Shown piece after piece: positions 17,585 to 27,882 of a stretch of 64,000 bases of DNA. The notes beneath the pieces are model-generated. The model saw only the letters and a list, made by a program, of their open reading frames with translations, searched no databases and was not told the DNA's origin. The stretch's first letter is position 1. The number at the start of each line of letters is the position of its first letter. The stretch is from a virus. Taxonomy: Duplodnaviria > Caudoviricetes. The DNA is taken from the IMG/VR virus record IMGVR_UViG_3300028914_000061, positions 64,001 to 128,000 of that record; one strand, 5' to 3'. The translations under genes and the position numbers were made by a program.

Positions 17585-18166
17585 ATGGAAACAACCGCAA
17601 GAAAGTACAAGAAAGAAACCTTCATTGAATATGCCAAGCACATTGTAGAAGGATATAAGACAATCATTGCAGCCTACGGAGTAATTTCGAAGGTTGGCTT
17701 GACGATGCACGGAAAAGTTTTCAACAAGCGTTTTGAAAGTGAGATTGAAAAACACTGCAAGGAAGAAGGTATCAATGTTTCTATTTGGGTGAACGACCAA
17801 TATAATATGGGGTATAAAGATTTGAAGATTTACCTCCAAGACAGGTCTTTCAATGGCGGCGATTGTTGGATTTACTTCGACAATGACATCTACCACAACA
17901 ACATTCACAACTGCAACAATGCCTTCGTTGATGGCGACAATAGAATCATTGGCGTTAAGGTTGCCGAAACTTGCAATGAATATATTGAACTTTGCAAGAA
18001 AGACATGACAAAGTGGCAGGATGCGGCAGACAACTATGACAAATATGCAGAGCAGGTGACAGCCGCTTTGAAGCAGTTGAATGAAGCCTTTGAAGGTCTT
18101 AACTCACTTTTCAAGCCTTACACCATTTCCCAATATGATTGGGAGAATGAAGCGAAGAAAAAATAA
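17585..18166 (+). CDS. Hypothetical early protein
   Basis: Own sigma54-type promoter and AATTAAAATT leader. Confidence 0.85.
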   Translation: METTARKYKKETFIEYAKHIVEGYKTIIAAYGVISKVGLTMHGKVFNKRFESEIEKHCKEEGINVSIWVNDQYNMGYKDLKIYLQDRSFNGGDCWIYFDNDIYHNNIHNCNNAFVDGDNRIIGVKVAETCNEYIELCKKDMTKWQDAADNYDKYAEQVTAALKQLNEAFEGLNSLFKPYTISQYDWENEAKKK

Positions 18167-18168
18167 TA

Positions 18169-18182
18169 TACGCAAATGCGTA
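18169..18182. repeat. Palindrome TACGCAAWTGCGTA copy 1
   Basis: Abuts -24 box. Confidence 0.9.
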
Positions 18183-18307
18183 CTTTGGCACGGAATTTGT
18201 AAGTAGTAATATCGAAACAATCAATAACCCAAAACACTGACGGAGGCGGTTGGTGTCCACAAACAAAGTGGTTTAATTACCTTGAAGGAAGGATAGCCTA
18301 AAACAAC

Positions 18308-18637
18308 ATGGTTAAAATGATTCTCGTTGCTATGGTTGGAAAACTCGCTCAAACCATTATGAACATGATGGGCGTTCCGAACTCCACTGAAAACACCGAA
18401 AAAGCCCTCGCCATTGCCGAATGCGTTGTTTCGGTTGAAATGGGTGAAAAGAAAACGAAGGCAATCTCAAAACTCTATCGTGACCTCGGCTTGAATGGTT
18501 GGCGCAACGAAGCCATGACACACGCCACCATCGAAGCCTACGAGAATGTCAAAAAGTCAGGCGGTGACGAATTGGCAGTTTTGCTCGAAGTTGAGCGATT
18601 GAGAACGGGAGCCGACTTTGTGGGTCTTGAACTCTAA
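18308..18637 (+). CDS. Hypothetical early protein
   Basis: Promoter, about 100-nt leader, terminator 18650-18682. Confidence 0.8.
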   Translation: MVKMILVAMVGKLAQTIMNMMGVPNSTENTEKALAIAECVVSVEMGEKKTKAISKLYRDLGLNGWRNEAMTHATIEAYENVKKSGGDELAVLLEVERLRTGADFVGLEL

Positions 18638-18762
18638 ACGAACAAGGGAAAAGGGGAAGCAAAAAAAAGTTTCCCCTTTTTTCGTTTTTTGAAAATCCTG
18701 GCACAATTATTGCTTATATTGTAGTGAACATTATTTATTAACCCAATTAAAAACACAAAACT

Positions 18763-19038
18763 ATGAAAATGAAAGCCACTTTTTTCGTAATGTCAATGAC
18801 TGAATTTGTTGATGGAGTTGAATACCACAACAAGCCGACAGCGCACAGCAACGAACAAGAAGCCGAAGCAGCCATGAACAAAAAGGCTGATGAATGGATT
18901 TCAACATTCAAGGGGATTGATGATTTCAAGCCGAAAGATGCAAGAACTTGCGACACCATCGAAGTCAAAGATGAAAACGCACCCGACACCTACATCAAGA
19001 TTTGGATTGACAAGGTGAGTTTGGAAGTTGAAATTTAA
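18763..19038 (+). CDS. Hypothetical early protein
   Basis: Promoter cassette. Confidence 0.8.
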   Translation: MKMKATFFVMSMTEFVDGVEYHNKPTAHSNEQEAEAAMNKKADEWISTFKGIDDFKPKDARTCDTIEVKDENAPDTYIKIWIDKVSLEVEI

Positions 19039-19141
19039 TCAACAAAAAAAAATAATGGCGGTGCTAAAAAAAGTGCCGCCATTTTTCATTTTTGGAATGG
19101 TTTTTGTATTCTATTGTAGTGAACACTAAAACACAAATGCT

Positions 19142-19429
19142 ATGTTTACGAAGTATCGCAAAAGAAACAATCAAAGACTTCTATTCATTGACAACACAAT
19201 AATGATTGAAGAGGGCAGTACTATCATTGCCATTGGCAGAGAGAACAAAATGTTTTCAACTGAAAAGACCATTGCCTTTGACATTGCCACCATTGAGGGA
19301 GCAGACAAGAATATGATAAAAAGGTTTGTCAAGACCGCATTACTTTACAATAACGATAAACGGATTTTAAATTATAATTTTTTGGAAGAAAAAGAATTAA
19401 ATTACAAGCCAAAACTTACATTTTCGTGA
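19142..19429 (+). CDS. Hypothetical early protein
   Basis: Variant promoter TTTGGAATGG. Confidence 0.75.
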   Translation: MFTKYRKRNNQRLLFIDNTIMIEEGSTIIAIGRENKMFSTEKTIAFDIATIEGADKNMIKRFVKTALLYNNDKRILNYNFLEEKELNYKPKLTFS

Positions 19430-19477
19430 ATTTTTGGCATGATATTTGTGTATTATTATAGTGAACATTAAAAACGA

Positions 19478-19714
19478 ATGACTATGAACTACGAAGAACT
19501 TGTTTCCAAAGTTGGCGAAGAGAACGTACATTGCTGCAACATTTGTGGCAAACCGCTTGAATGGGACGATAACATTTGGATAAATTCCAATTTTGGAGTT
19601 TGTGAAGATTGTTACAACAAAATTCCCCAAAGGATTCAAGATAAGATAGAAGAAGAATTGTACGAGGAGGAAGAGGTGAAAAATTATCTTGATTCAGTTG
19701 GCGCAATCTATTAG
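19478..19714 (+). CDS. Small CxxC/CxxC zinc-binding protein
   Basis: CNICG..CEDC. Confidence 0.8.
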   Translation: MTMNYEELVSKVGEENVHCCNICGKPLEWDDNIWINSNFGVCEDCYNKIPQRIQDKIEEELYEEEEVKNYLDSVGAIY

Positions 19715-19764
19715 TTTGGCACGATTATTGATGTATATTAAAGTGAACGTAAAAACACAAAACC

Positions 19765-19998
19765 ATGAGTAAATTAGTCAATGGCACTTGCCCCGAAAAC
19801 GAAAAGCGTTTTGCTATCATTAACCCTACATCATATAATTGTGATGGTAATTGGGCGGTCACTATCTGCGAAAGCAATGAACTTGGCGACCTCGGTCTTG
19901 ACGATGACGAAATCAAGCAGGTTGAGCAGTTGGAAGTTGGCGAAAGATGGGCGGAATCTTTTTATGGATTGAACGCACAAATTGTTAGGTTGGGATAG
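19765..19998 (+). CDS. Acidic hypothetical early protein
   Basis: Promoter cassette. Confidence 0.8.
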   Translation: MSKLVNGTCPENEKRFAIINPTSYNCDGNWAVTICESNELGDLGLDDDEIKQVEQLEVGERWAESFYGLNAQIVRLG

Positions 19999-20190
19999 CA
20001 GTTTGGCACGATTGTTGCTTATTATTTCAGTGAACAATTAAATAACAAAAGCAATGGGAGAGTTTATACTTGGTTTTTTAGTTGGATTTATGGCAATGTT
20101 CTTGATTGCTTGCAAGATGGATGAACCTACAAAATAGTTTTGGCACGATTATTGTAAGTAATATAGTGTAACCAATTAAAATTAAATACC

Positions 20191-20367
20191 ATGAGTAAAG
20201 TTTATATGAAGGTCACGCTCAACTTGATTGTTGATACTGACATTCCCGAAACGGCAGACATTATGGAAGGTCTTGATTTTGAAGTCACTCCTAATGGTGA
20301 GGCTGACGATGACATTGAAGTTTACGATGTGGAAGTGGAAGATTACGAAGTAACCGATTCAAAATAA
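20191..20367 (+). CDS. 58-aa very acidic early protein (below ORF-track cutoff)
   Basis: MSKVYMKVTLNL...DDDIEVYDVEVEDYEVTDSK, own promoter. Confidence 0.8.
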   Translation: MSKVYMKVTLNLIVDTDIPETADIMEGLDFEVTPNGEADDDIEVYDVEVEDYEVTDSK

Positions 20368-20373
20368 AAAGCC

Positions 20374-20568
20374 ATGAGACTTAAAATAATAGAATTGATT
20401 TGGTCAGCCATTTTGGTAATTGCTTGCATTTCAATTTTGATTTGGCAGATTATCATTAAGTCACCGATTTTCGTAATTGGAATGTTCGCTTTCATGGCAA
20501 TTATGGCCTTGATTATTCTTGTCCATATCATCAAAGAAATAAAGGAGGAAAAACATGGGAAACAATAG
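20374..20568 (+). CDS. Small membrane protein
   Basis: Two TM segments. Confidence 0.7.
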   Translation: MRLKIIELIWSAILVIACISILIWQIIIKSPIFVIGMFAFMAIMALIILVHIIKEIKEEKHGKQ

Positions 20569-20827
20569 CCTTTGGATTGTGAAGTTTGCAAGTGAGAAAC
20601 GGGAGCAGCCGAATTTCCCCAATTTTACGAATCTCAATGCAGCCAAAACGTACTGCAATTCAGTCCTTTCCGATTACGGCAAGAAAAAGCATTTGGACGG
20701 AGGCGAAATTCTCCACGTTGTAAATGGCGAAATCATTTCAAAGGTTGCTGTGGACTACGTTGGATTTGATGAATTGTATTACAGCGATGTTCACATTCTC
20801 CATAAAAAAATCCCATACAAAGGATAA
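20555..20827 (+). CDS. Hypothetical protein
   Basis: Coupled ORF. Confidence 0.75.
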   Translation: MGNNSLWIVKFASEKREQPNFPNFTNLNAAKTYCNSVLSDYGKKKHLDGGEILHVVNGEIISKVAVDYVGFDELYYSDVHILHKKIPYKG

Positions 20828-20831
20828 TATA

Positions 20832-20845
20832 TACGCAATTGCGTA
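20832..20845. repeat. Palindrome copy 2
   Basis: TACGCAATTGCGTA. Confidence 0.9.
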
Positions 20846-20902
20846 CTACTTTGGCACGATATTTGATTATAATTAAAGTGAAATCATTAAATAATTAGAA
20901 TT

Positions 20903-21103
20903 ATGACTTTTGTAGCAGCCATTCAATTAATTTTATTGTGCATCCAACTAACGTTCTTGGCAGGAACGATTTACTCAACCACTAAAAAGGGCGAGGAACA
21001 AATCAAGAAAGAATTTAAAATGGAAACCCAAAAGTTCAGAAACATTTGCCTATACGGAAACTTGGGTTGCATGGCAATCATTTTGTTGCTGAATCTTTTC
21101 TAA
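20903..21103 (+). CDS. Small membrane protein
   Basis: Two TM segments, promoter cassette. Confidence 0.75.
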   Translation: MTFVAAIQLILLCIQLTFLAGTIYSTTKKGEEQIKKEFKMETQKFRNICLYGNLGCMAIILLLNLF

Positions 21104-21133
21104 AAGTTTGGCACGATATTTGATAAAGAAACA

Positions 21134-21275
21134 ATGACGATGTTATCGGGAATGGTAAGTTCGCCCTATGCGAAGGGAGGTCTTTGGTGAGATTCCAAAG
21201 GGTAGCGCTAATCGTCATGCTTGCGCAAGCCCCCCATGTGTCCCTTGGTCGCAATACAAGGGACACCCTTGGGGA
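21134..21275 (+). ncRNA. GC-rich structured 5' leader or ncRNA
   Basis: ATGACGAT/ATCGTCAT, CTTTGG-TGAGATT-CCAAAG, GTGTCCCTTG/CAAGGGACAC. Confidence 0.6.
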
Positions 21276-21304
21276 ATAGAAAACAACAACAAAAACATAA
21301 AACT

Positions 21305-21628
21305 ATGAGAATCAATTTCAACATCAAGCCATACTCCGATTTTACGGGAATTGGCACTAAAAAAGAAGCACTTGCACGTCTTGAAAGCCGATGGGGACTT
21401 CGTGCGGTTCCTAATTGCTTTTCGACTTATGGAGATTTCCAACATCGTGGACTTGACAATGATACCGCTTGGCTCTACACCATTCAAGTGTATAAGCACG
21501 GCAAGCATCGCAAATGCAAGAATTATCATGTTTGGGTCTATCGTGTTCCGATTAAGACTTTGGAAGTTCTTGGAATCAAGATGAGCCAAATGCGCAACGG
21601 AATCAAGATTGAAAAACTCAATAAGTAA
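21305..21628 (+). CDS. Basic hypothetical protein (start revised to MRINF)
   Basis: ATG after A-rich leader; terminator follows. Confidence 0.75.
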   Translation: MRINFNIKPYSDFTGIGTKKEALARLESRWGLRAVPNCFSTYGDFQHRGLDNDTAWLYTIQVYKHGKHRKCKNYHVWVYRVPIKTLEVLGIKMSQMRNGIKIEKLNK

Positions 21629-22248
21629 ACCATGTTGTTTGCAGGGGAGGGACAAAAAAGTTTCTCCCCTTGCCCATTTTGGCACGATTCTTGTGTATTA
21701 TTGTAGTGACAATTAAAATTAAAAGCCATGACAAAAGCAGAATGTATTTCAAGAGGTTGCCCGATGCTCATCAAAAAGAGAGACAAGGTTACGATGTTGC
21801 CTTATTGGGTCTGCGGTGTAACCAACCAAGACGTTAAGAAAGTCCATAACTGCGTAAACAAGCCACATTAAACCATGAACAAAGAAAGATTTATTGAAAT
21901 TCTATCCAAGCCGATGAGCGAGGTAATGAATGACCCAACTATCTCCGATGAAGAGTTTTCATTTTGCATGGAAAACTGCGAAAAAAATATTGACGAAATC
22001 GAATTTGACGAATAGTTTGGCATAGATTTTGATTATTATTTTAGTGAACATTAAAACAAAACAACATGGGAACAAAGACTTACAAAGTAAACCGAAAAAA
22101 GGCAATCGAACTTGCCATGAATCATAACAATGTGACAAGGGAGGTTGCTGAACGTTACACCGATAGCGAACTGAAGGAAGTGCTTGCTCATCTTTCGGGC
22201 AGATTCTTTAAGATGGAAGCCGATTTCTAACCATTAAAACAATTAGCC

Positions 22249-22554
22249 ATGCAATTCAGCGAATTAAGAGAAAACATCATCACCAATCTTTGCACCGACA
22301 TCATCAATAAGCAATTAGCGGCAATGTTAGCCATGAATATTGACATGGAAACTTCGTTTGAAGAAAGCAAGGAGGAAATTGTAATCTTTACCAATTCCCA
22401 TGTTGGATTTATCGGTGTTTCTTTCATTGAAGGAAATCTGCGCTTCATCAAAGGCGATGGTACAACCGTGTTGGCAAAAGATTATATTTCAAACGAATAT
22501 TATTACGAAACCGTACTTCAAATTTGGTATGCTTTTCGGCACGATAGCAAATAG
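22249..22554 (+). CDS. Hypothetical early protein
   Basis: A-rich leader. Confidence 0.75.
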   Translation: MQFSELRENIITNLCTDIINKQLAAMLAMNIDMETSFEESKEEIVIFTNSHVGFIGVSFIEGNLRFIKGDGTTVLAKDYISNEYYYETVLQIWYAFRHDSK

Positions 22555-22604
22555 TTTGGCATGATTATTGCTATAATTGAAGTGTAACAATTAAAATTAT
22601 AATT

Positions 22605-22826
22605 ATGGCTACACAATCCGACATTGCGCTGATTAGTTCTAATCCATTTGTCATTAAAAAGGAGCATGGAACGAGACCTTCATATTTGAAGTCATTGCCG
22701 AATCATTTTACCGATGACATTTCGGAAGCGAGAAAGTTTGCGACTGAAACGGCAGCAAAGAACAATATGCTCAAAATCACAACCTATTCACTGAATCCAA
22801 ACCATTATTCAATCATTAGGCTATGA
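22605..22826 (+). CDS. Hypothetical early protein
   Basis: Promoter cassette. Confidence 0.75.
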   Translation: MATQSDIALISSNPFVIKKEHGTRPSYLKSLPNHFTDDISEARKFATETAAKNNMLKITTYSLNPNHYSIIRL

Positions 22827-23017
22827 GCAAAGAAAGAGACTTTAAGGGTGAACTGAAAGCCCTTCTTGAAGATGTTGCAAAAAGCGGATGGGAGGCAGCA
22901 ATCCCCTCATTGATTGCAGAGTGCTTGAAAGACGGAAAGTTTGAAAATATCTCAAATTGGGATTTGTTGGACTGCACGGCTTATCAATGCCATAAGTATA
23001 AAAAGCAAATAAAATAA
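22823..23017 (+). CDS. Hypothetical protein
   Basis: ATGA coupling. Confidence 0.75.
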   Translation: MSKERDFKGELKALLEDVAKSGWEAAIPSLIAECLKDGKFENISNWDLLDCTAYQCHKYKKQIK

Positions 23018-23428
23018 GTGTTCATATCTTTTGTGTTTTTGGCCGGAAATTTCTTGTAAGTTTCCGACTTTTTTTTATTACTTTGGCATGGTTTTTGTGT
23101 ATTATTGTAGTGTATATTAAAACGAATCACCATGAACGACACACAAAAGATTGAAGCAATCAAAAAAGAGATTGAAAGCACTCACTTGAATACATTGGAG
23201 GATATGGGCGAAATGCTTGATAGCATCATCCGTATTGTCTATGGAGTTGAAAAGACAAAACCATTATTTGAAAAGAAAGGGATTTGATTATGGAAATTTT
23301 ATGTGCTTTTTTGCTTTTGTGTGTTATTGCAATGACAATTACCTGCATTTATGTATCAAACAAAAGTCAAAAGGAAAATGATGAATTGAGGAAAGAACTC
23401 AATGAATTAAAATCTCAAATAGATAGTT

Positions 23429-23707
23429 ATGGTAACGATAGATAGTTTGTTTCACTTGGTAAAGCATTATCATTTGGACGATGATGAAAATTGCTTTGAC
23501 AAGGCGATAGAAATGGCAAGCAACCAACTTTCCGATGTGTTGGAAAAGGAAAGGGAATATCCACCATTTATTTACTATTTGTGCTTGGAGCAAATGGAGA
23601 AGAATCCAAAGTACAAGTTTGGCAAAACATTTCATTCAATGAATGATGAAGAAAAAACTTGTGTATTCAATGAAACAATTTCAGCATTGAAAGCACTTTT
23701 GGCATAG
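23429..23707 (+). CDS. Hypothetical protein
   Basis: ORF in cassette run. Confidence 0.7.
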   Translation: MVTIDSLFHLVKHYHLDDDENCFDKAIEMASNQLSDVLEKEREYPPFIYYLCLEQMEKNPKYKFGKTFHSMNDEEKTCVFNETISALKALLA

Positions 23708-23764
23708 TTTTTGATTATAATTTGAGTACAAACAAACACATTATTAACTTAAATCTAAATTACA

Positions 23765-24274
23765 ATGAAGAAAATCTTTTTTGCTATCGCCATTATTTTT
23801 GCCACTACACTTGTTGGCTTCGCACAATCAACGGCTATCCATTTTGATAATGGAAAATATGACATGATGCTTCACCCGAAAAACCCAACGGGTCAAAACA
23901 TCGAAGTTGTCACTTTCATTGGCTATGATGCAATTTCGCAAACTCGTTCAACGAAGAAAATCGAAGTTGATTACGAAGTTATTGATGGCGTTCAATATGC
24001 TTTGGAGAACTCAAAAAGAATGAAAAAGTTTGCTACTACTGAACTAATAGGTCTTGGCGTTTGCCTTGCAGGTGGAGAACTAATGCACTATTCATACAAA
24101 CAATTTGGCAAGCACCCGAATGACCATTATAAAAATTTAGCCTATGTTGGAGGTGCGGTTGCTATGGCAGGTGCTTTGACTTGTATTTTAGGCTATATTC
24201 CGCTATTGAATGACCATGTTTATGTTACAAACAATGGGATTGGAATACGATACAAGATTAAAAGTTTGAATTGA
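23765..24274 (+). CDS. Exported or membrane protein
   Basis: Signal peptide, two Gly-rich TM segments, terminal beta strand. Confidence 0.8.
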   Translation: MKKIFFAIAIIFATTLVGFAQSTAIHFDNGKYDMMLHPKNPTGQNIEVVTFIGYDAISQTRSTKKIEVDYEVIDGVQYALENSKRMKKFATTELIGLGVCLAGGELMHYSYKQFGKHPNDHYKNLAYVGGAVAMAGALTCILGYIPLLNDHVYVTNNGIGIRYKIKSLN

Positions 24275-24385
24275 CCCCATGCGAGAATGTAAATATTTGT
24301 AAAAAAGTCACTTTTCGGAGTGGCTTTTTTCATTTTTGGCATGGTATTTGTATTATATTGAAGTGAACACTAAACACAAAAGACT

Positions 24386-24691
24386 ATGGCTAATAACATT
24401 GAAAATTACCAAAAGTGCCAATGCGGTGCAATAACTTTCTACTTTGAAGATGGAAGTTCAAGCAGTATGCGCCAACGCACTGCAAAGAAGATGGGAATTG
24501 ATTTGAGGCACTATAAGAGCCTTAGACCAACTTGGAATTGCAATCATTGTGTTAATCATTGGGGAACTGACATCTGCGAATGTGGCAGTGGTGAAAAGGT
24601 TGGAAAATGTTCTTGCGGCTCCAATAGACCAATGCAAGAGTTTGGCATAAATTTTGATTCATTTAGCCGTATAATTCAAAACTTTTGCTAA
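24386..24691 (+). CDS. Cys-rich metal-binding protein
   Basis: CQCG, CNHC, CECG, CSCG. Confidence 0.8.
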   Translation: MANNIENYQKCQCGAITFYFEDGSSSSMRQRTAKKMGIDLRHYKSLRPTWNCNHCVNHWGTDICECGSGEKVGKCSCGSNRPMQEFGINFDSFSRIIQNFC

Positions 24692-24692
24692 C

Positions 24693-25103
24693 ATGGAATT
24701 GAACGAGATAAGGAATAAAATGGCTCAACTTTTGGAAGAGCATAAAGCCCTTGAAGAAGAGTTGAAGAACGCTATGGTGGCTATCATCAATGAGACAGCA
24801 GAAGAAAGCCCGAATAAGAAAAAGAGAATAGCCAAGCATATTTTTATTCTTAATGCTTCTGACATCATGGGTAATCCGTGGAATGTAGAGTTTTACGATT
24901 GGGAGGCTTCTGCAAAGGTTGTCTTGGATTATCTTGAATTGAAACCTATCTACGATTGGAAAGCATTGTTGGAAAAGAAGTTAGAAGAAGCCAAACGTAA
25001 TGTGGTAGAGTTTAAGAAAATATCATCTTGCATGGGTTACAAAACTACCTATGTAATTCCAATTAGCAAAGAATTTGTTGAAAAAATTGTAGCCAAAATG
25101 TAA
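24693..25103 (+). CDS. Hypothetical protein
   Basis: Coupled ORF. Confidence 0.8.
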   Translation: MELNEIRNKMAQLLEEHKALEEELKNAMVAIINETAEESPNKKKRIAKHIFILNASDIMGNPWNVEFYDWEASAKVVLDYLELKPIYDWKALLEKKLEEAKRNVVEFKKISSCMGYKTTYVIPISKEFVEKIVAKM

Positions 25104-25157
25104 TGTTTTGGCACGATTATTGTTTATTATTATAGTGTAATCTAAAAACGCAAAAAA

Positions 25158-25493
25158 ATGATACACGCAACTTTTAAAACGATTGATGATATAATCAATA
25201 ATTTTAATTTGGTTGGTGGAATGAGTTTGTCGTTTGGTGATAACAGCAAATTTTCCACTTCCCATTTTGACATCAATGCAAATAATGATTCAATTCCATT
25301 TAAGGAGGGTTGGATTAAAAACATTAGTCTTTACTATGCGGAGAACGAGGAAACGGGTAAAACTGAACTGCGAACTGACATCAAAATTGAACTTAAACTA
25401 TATTGTTCTTGTGCTGAAAGACCTACAATGATAGTCAATAAATCTTGGTTTGATAAAAATGTATCAAACATTAGTGTTTGGGGCATCAAATGA
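25158..25493 (+). CDS. Hypothetical early protein
   Basis: Promoter cassette. Confidence 0.8.
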   Translation: MIHATFKTIDDIINNFNLVGGMSLSFGDNSKFSTSHFDINANNDSIPFKEGWIKNISLYYAENEETGKTELRTDIKIELKLYCSCAERPTMIVNKSWFDKNVSNISVWGIK

Positions 25494-25550
25494 TTTATTT
25501 TGGCATGATTTTTGTGTATTATTTTCAACGTAAATTAAAACCAAAATACA

Positions 25551-25862
25551 ATGAGCAAAGTAAGAGAATTAGAAGATAATGTTTCGCAAGACAATTTGTT
25601 TACCATTGGTAAGCAACTTATTCAGTGTATTGGGTTTATGGATTGGTGCTATTGTCAATACAACACCGATAAAAGAACAACCGAGGATTTAGTCCTGCAC
25701 AATGAAAATGCAAGGTACGATAGTCCCGATAGATGGTGGAGGTATCGCTTTTTCCGCCTTTGCCGACTGCCTTTCAAGGTCAAATACAAGTGGGTTGGCT
25801 ATGACCACGTTTTCAAAGTAAGACCCGAAATTTGGATTAGGCTTTATCACATCAAAGACTGA
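25551..25862 (+). CDS. Hypothetical early protein
   Basis: Promoter cassette. Confidence 0.8.
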   Translation: MSKVRELEDNVSQDNLFTIGKQLIQCIGFMDWCYCQYNTDKRTTEDLVLHNENARYDSPDRWWRYRFFRLCRLPFKVKYKWVGYDHVFKVRPEIWIRLYHIKD

Positions 25863-25913
25863 TTTGGCACGATTCTTGTAGTATATTGTAGTGACAATTA
25901 AAATTAAAATACC

Positions 25914-26120
25914 ATGAAAGGAATAGACATTATTAATTATATCAAAGAGAACAACCTTGAAGATGCAGAGGTAAGTGTGACCGCTACAATCTACCGACAA
26001 GGCGACCACGATTGCAGAACAACAACAAATGTTTCCGTTATGGAATCGTCAGTCTATGACGATGAACAAAGGAAATATGTTCCTGCCATTGATTTCTATG
26101 TGGATGATGAATTGTATTGA
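25914..26120 (+). CDS. Hypothetical early protein
   Basis: Promoter cassette. Confidence 0.8.
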   Translation: MKGIDIINYIKENNLEDAEVSVTATIYRQGDHDCRTTTNVSVMESSVYDDEQRKYVPAIDFYVDDELY

Positions 26121-26172
26121 GTTTGGCACAAAATTTGTAGTAATTGAAGTGTAACCTTAAAAACATCGAACT

Positions 26173-26445
26173 ATGAAAAAGACAGCAAGGATTTCAAGAA
26201 TCAACGCAATGTTGGATAGTCATTTCAAGTCCAATCATGGCGCATGGTGGGTTTCCAACAGCAACGGCTATAAGGAAATGATTGAATTGCACCGAGGTCA
26301 AGGTGGCGACAAAATCAATCCCGTTTGGATAGCCAAATACATTTTCCGCCACGAAGCAAGTGTAAACATCATTCACTTTGCAGGTTGTTGCATGGTCTAT
26401 ACGAGAGAGAGCGTAAAACTTTACGATAGAGCCGTGAAAAAGTAA
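26173..26445 (+). CDS. Hypothetical early protein
   Basis: Promoter cassette. Confidence 0.8.
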   Translation: MKKTARISRINAMLDSHFKSNHGAWWVSNSNGYKEMIELHRGQGGDKINPVWIAKYIFRHEASVNIIHFAGCCMVYTRESVKLYDRAVKK

Positions 26446-26498
26446 AAATTGGCACGATTTTTGATTATAATTGTAGTGTAACCTAAAAACATCGAACT

Positions 26499-26924
26499 AT
26501 GAGAAACGAAGTCGTAACCATCCAAGTCCCTAATGTTGGAACTATCAACGTTTCCTCCACAATGAGAGGCGAATGTAAGGGAACTAAAATGTTTGACCTG
26601 CGCCACTACGTTTATAGGCTGCGCATTTGGAGCGAACACGATAAAATGACCTGCAATTTCCATGACTGCGCCTTCAATTATCCGAGAGTTAAGAAACTCA
26701 ATAGGGAGGCTTTGCTCAACGCTTTAGATTGTGTTTTGTCCGATATTTCCATGTATCTTAACGATGAAATCAAATGGAATTATGACGATGAGGATGCAGC
26801 CCTTATGAGAATTGCCGAAAAGGGATGCAAGCGTGAATCCGAGGCATTTTCAAAAGTCGTTGGCGGTGACGATAATCTTTGGACTGCCATAGAATTTTTG
26901 ACAGATTACATCAACAACCATTGA
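26499..26924 (+). CDS. Hypothetical early protein
   Basis: Promoter cassette; leader AAAAACATCGAACTATG shared with previous gene. Confidence 0.8.
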   Translation: MRNEVVTIQVPNVGTINVSSTMRGECKGTKMFDLRHYVYRLRIWSEHDKMTCNFHDCAFNYPRVKKLNREALLNALDCVLSDISMYLNDEIKWNYDDEDAALMRIAEKGCKRESEAFSKVVGGDDNLWTAIEFLTDYINNH

Positions 26925-27457
26925 TTTTGGCATAGTTTTTGTTTATATTTGTAGTGTAAATAAAACTCAAAATTATAGATGAAAAAGAAAAATTAAACGC
27001 AATTAGAACTGAAATAGACAAGTGGTTTTCCGATGAAGAAAAGTCAGCAGTTGACACCTTGAAAAGAATCTCCAACATTCTCAAAAGGAATGATTTCGAT
27101 ATGGATGAATACTGCGAACAACTTCACGATTCAGTAAATGTGTAACAATGAAAAAAGAAGAAATCATCAAAATGGCTAAAAGCCTTGCGGAGCGTCATTT
27201 GATTGACCCCTATATCCCCGATGTGCTAACTGATGGCTCAACGTATGCGGAGGAATTTCTTGCAAAGTTGTCAGTAGCCGAAACCGAAGATGGATTGCTG
27301 AAAAGAATCCAAGAGGTAATGAGTTAGAGAATTATCATAGTCGAGTTTTTAATATGCGGTTGGGTGTGGAAACTTTCTCCTTTCAATTCCACACCCACGC
27401 TGTAAGGTTTGGCACGATTATTGCTTATATTGTAGTGAACAATTAAAATTAAATACT

Positions 27458-27697
27458 ATGGGTTGGGTAAAAAAAGAAACCATTAAAGATGAAAAACTTT
27501 TGAAAGAATTAAAAGAAGTTTTTCCCGACAAATTTTCCATTTTAAGAGGTGTTACAAGAAGTTGCAGCAGTTCAGTCTATGAGTATCTTACGGACTATAT
27601 TCGTGACTATTACGATGTAACGTTGGCTCAATGTGACCGAGTTTCCAAGCGGATTGCTCAACATTACGAAATCAAGCAGTTTTACCATAAACACTAA
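27458..27697 (+). CDS. Hypothetical early protein
   Basis: Promoter cassette. Confidence 0.8.
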   Translation: MGWVKKETIKDEKLLKELKEVFPDKFSILRGVTRSCSSSVYEYLTDYIRDYYDVTLAQCDRVSKRIAQHYEIKQFYHKH

Positions 27698-27731
27698 AAA
27701 AACGGCTGTAAGTATTCCTATCAAATAAATG

Positions 27732-27763
27732 AAAAAGCGGTGCAACAATGTACCGCTTTTTTT
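27732..27763. terminator. Bidirectional terminator
   Basis: AAAAAGCGGTGC/GTACCGCTTTTT. Confidence 0.75.
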
Positions 27764-27788
27764 GTGCATAAGATTCACAACAATACAC

Positions 27789-27806
27789 CACAATATCCGT
27801 GCCAAA
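27789..27806 (-). promoter_or_regulatory. Antisense sigma54-type promoter
   Basis: Reverse complement TTTGGCACGGATATTGTG followed by GTGTATTGTTGTG. Confidence 0.7.
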
Positions 27807-27882
27807 GTGGTGAAAATCTTGAAAAAAGTTTGGCATGGTTTTTGATGTATATTGTAATGCAAACCAATTAAAATTATAATCC

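Noticed and set aside
21170-21215. Cobalamin or FMN riboswitch
   Set aside because: Only the T-loop hairpin matches; the B12 box and FMN conserved segments are absent
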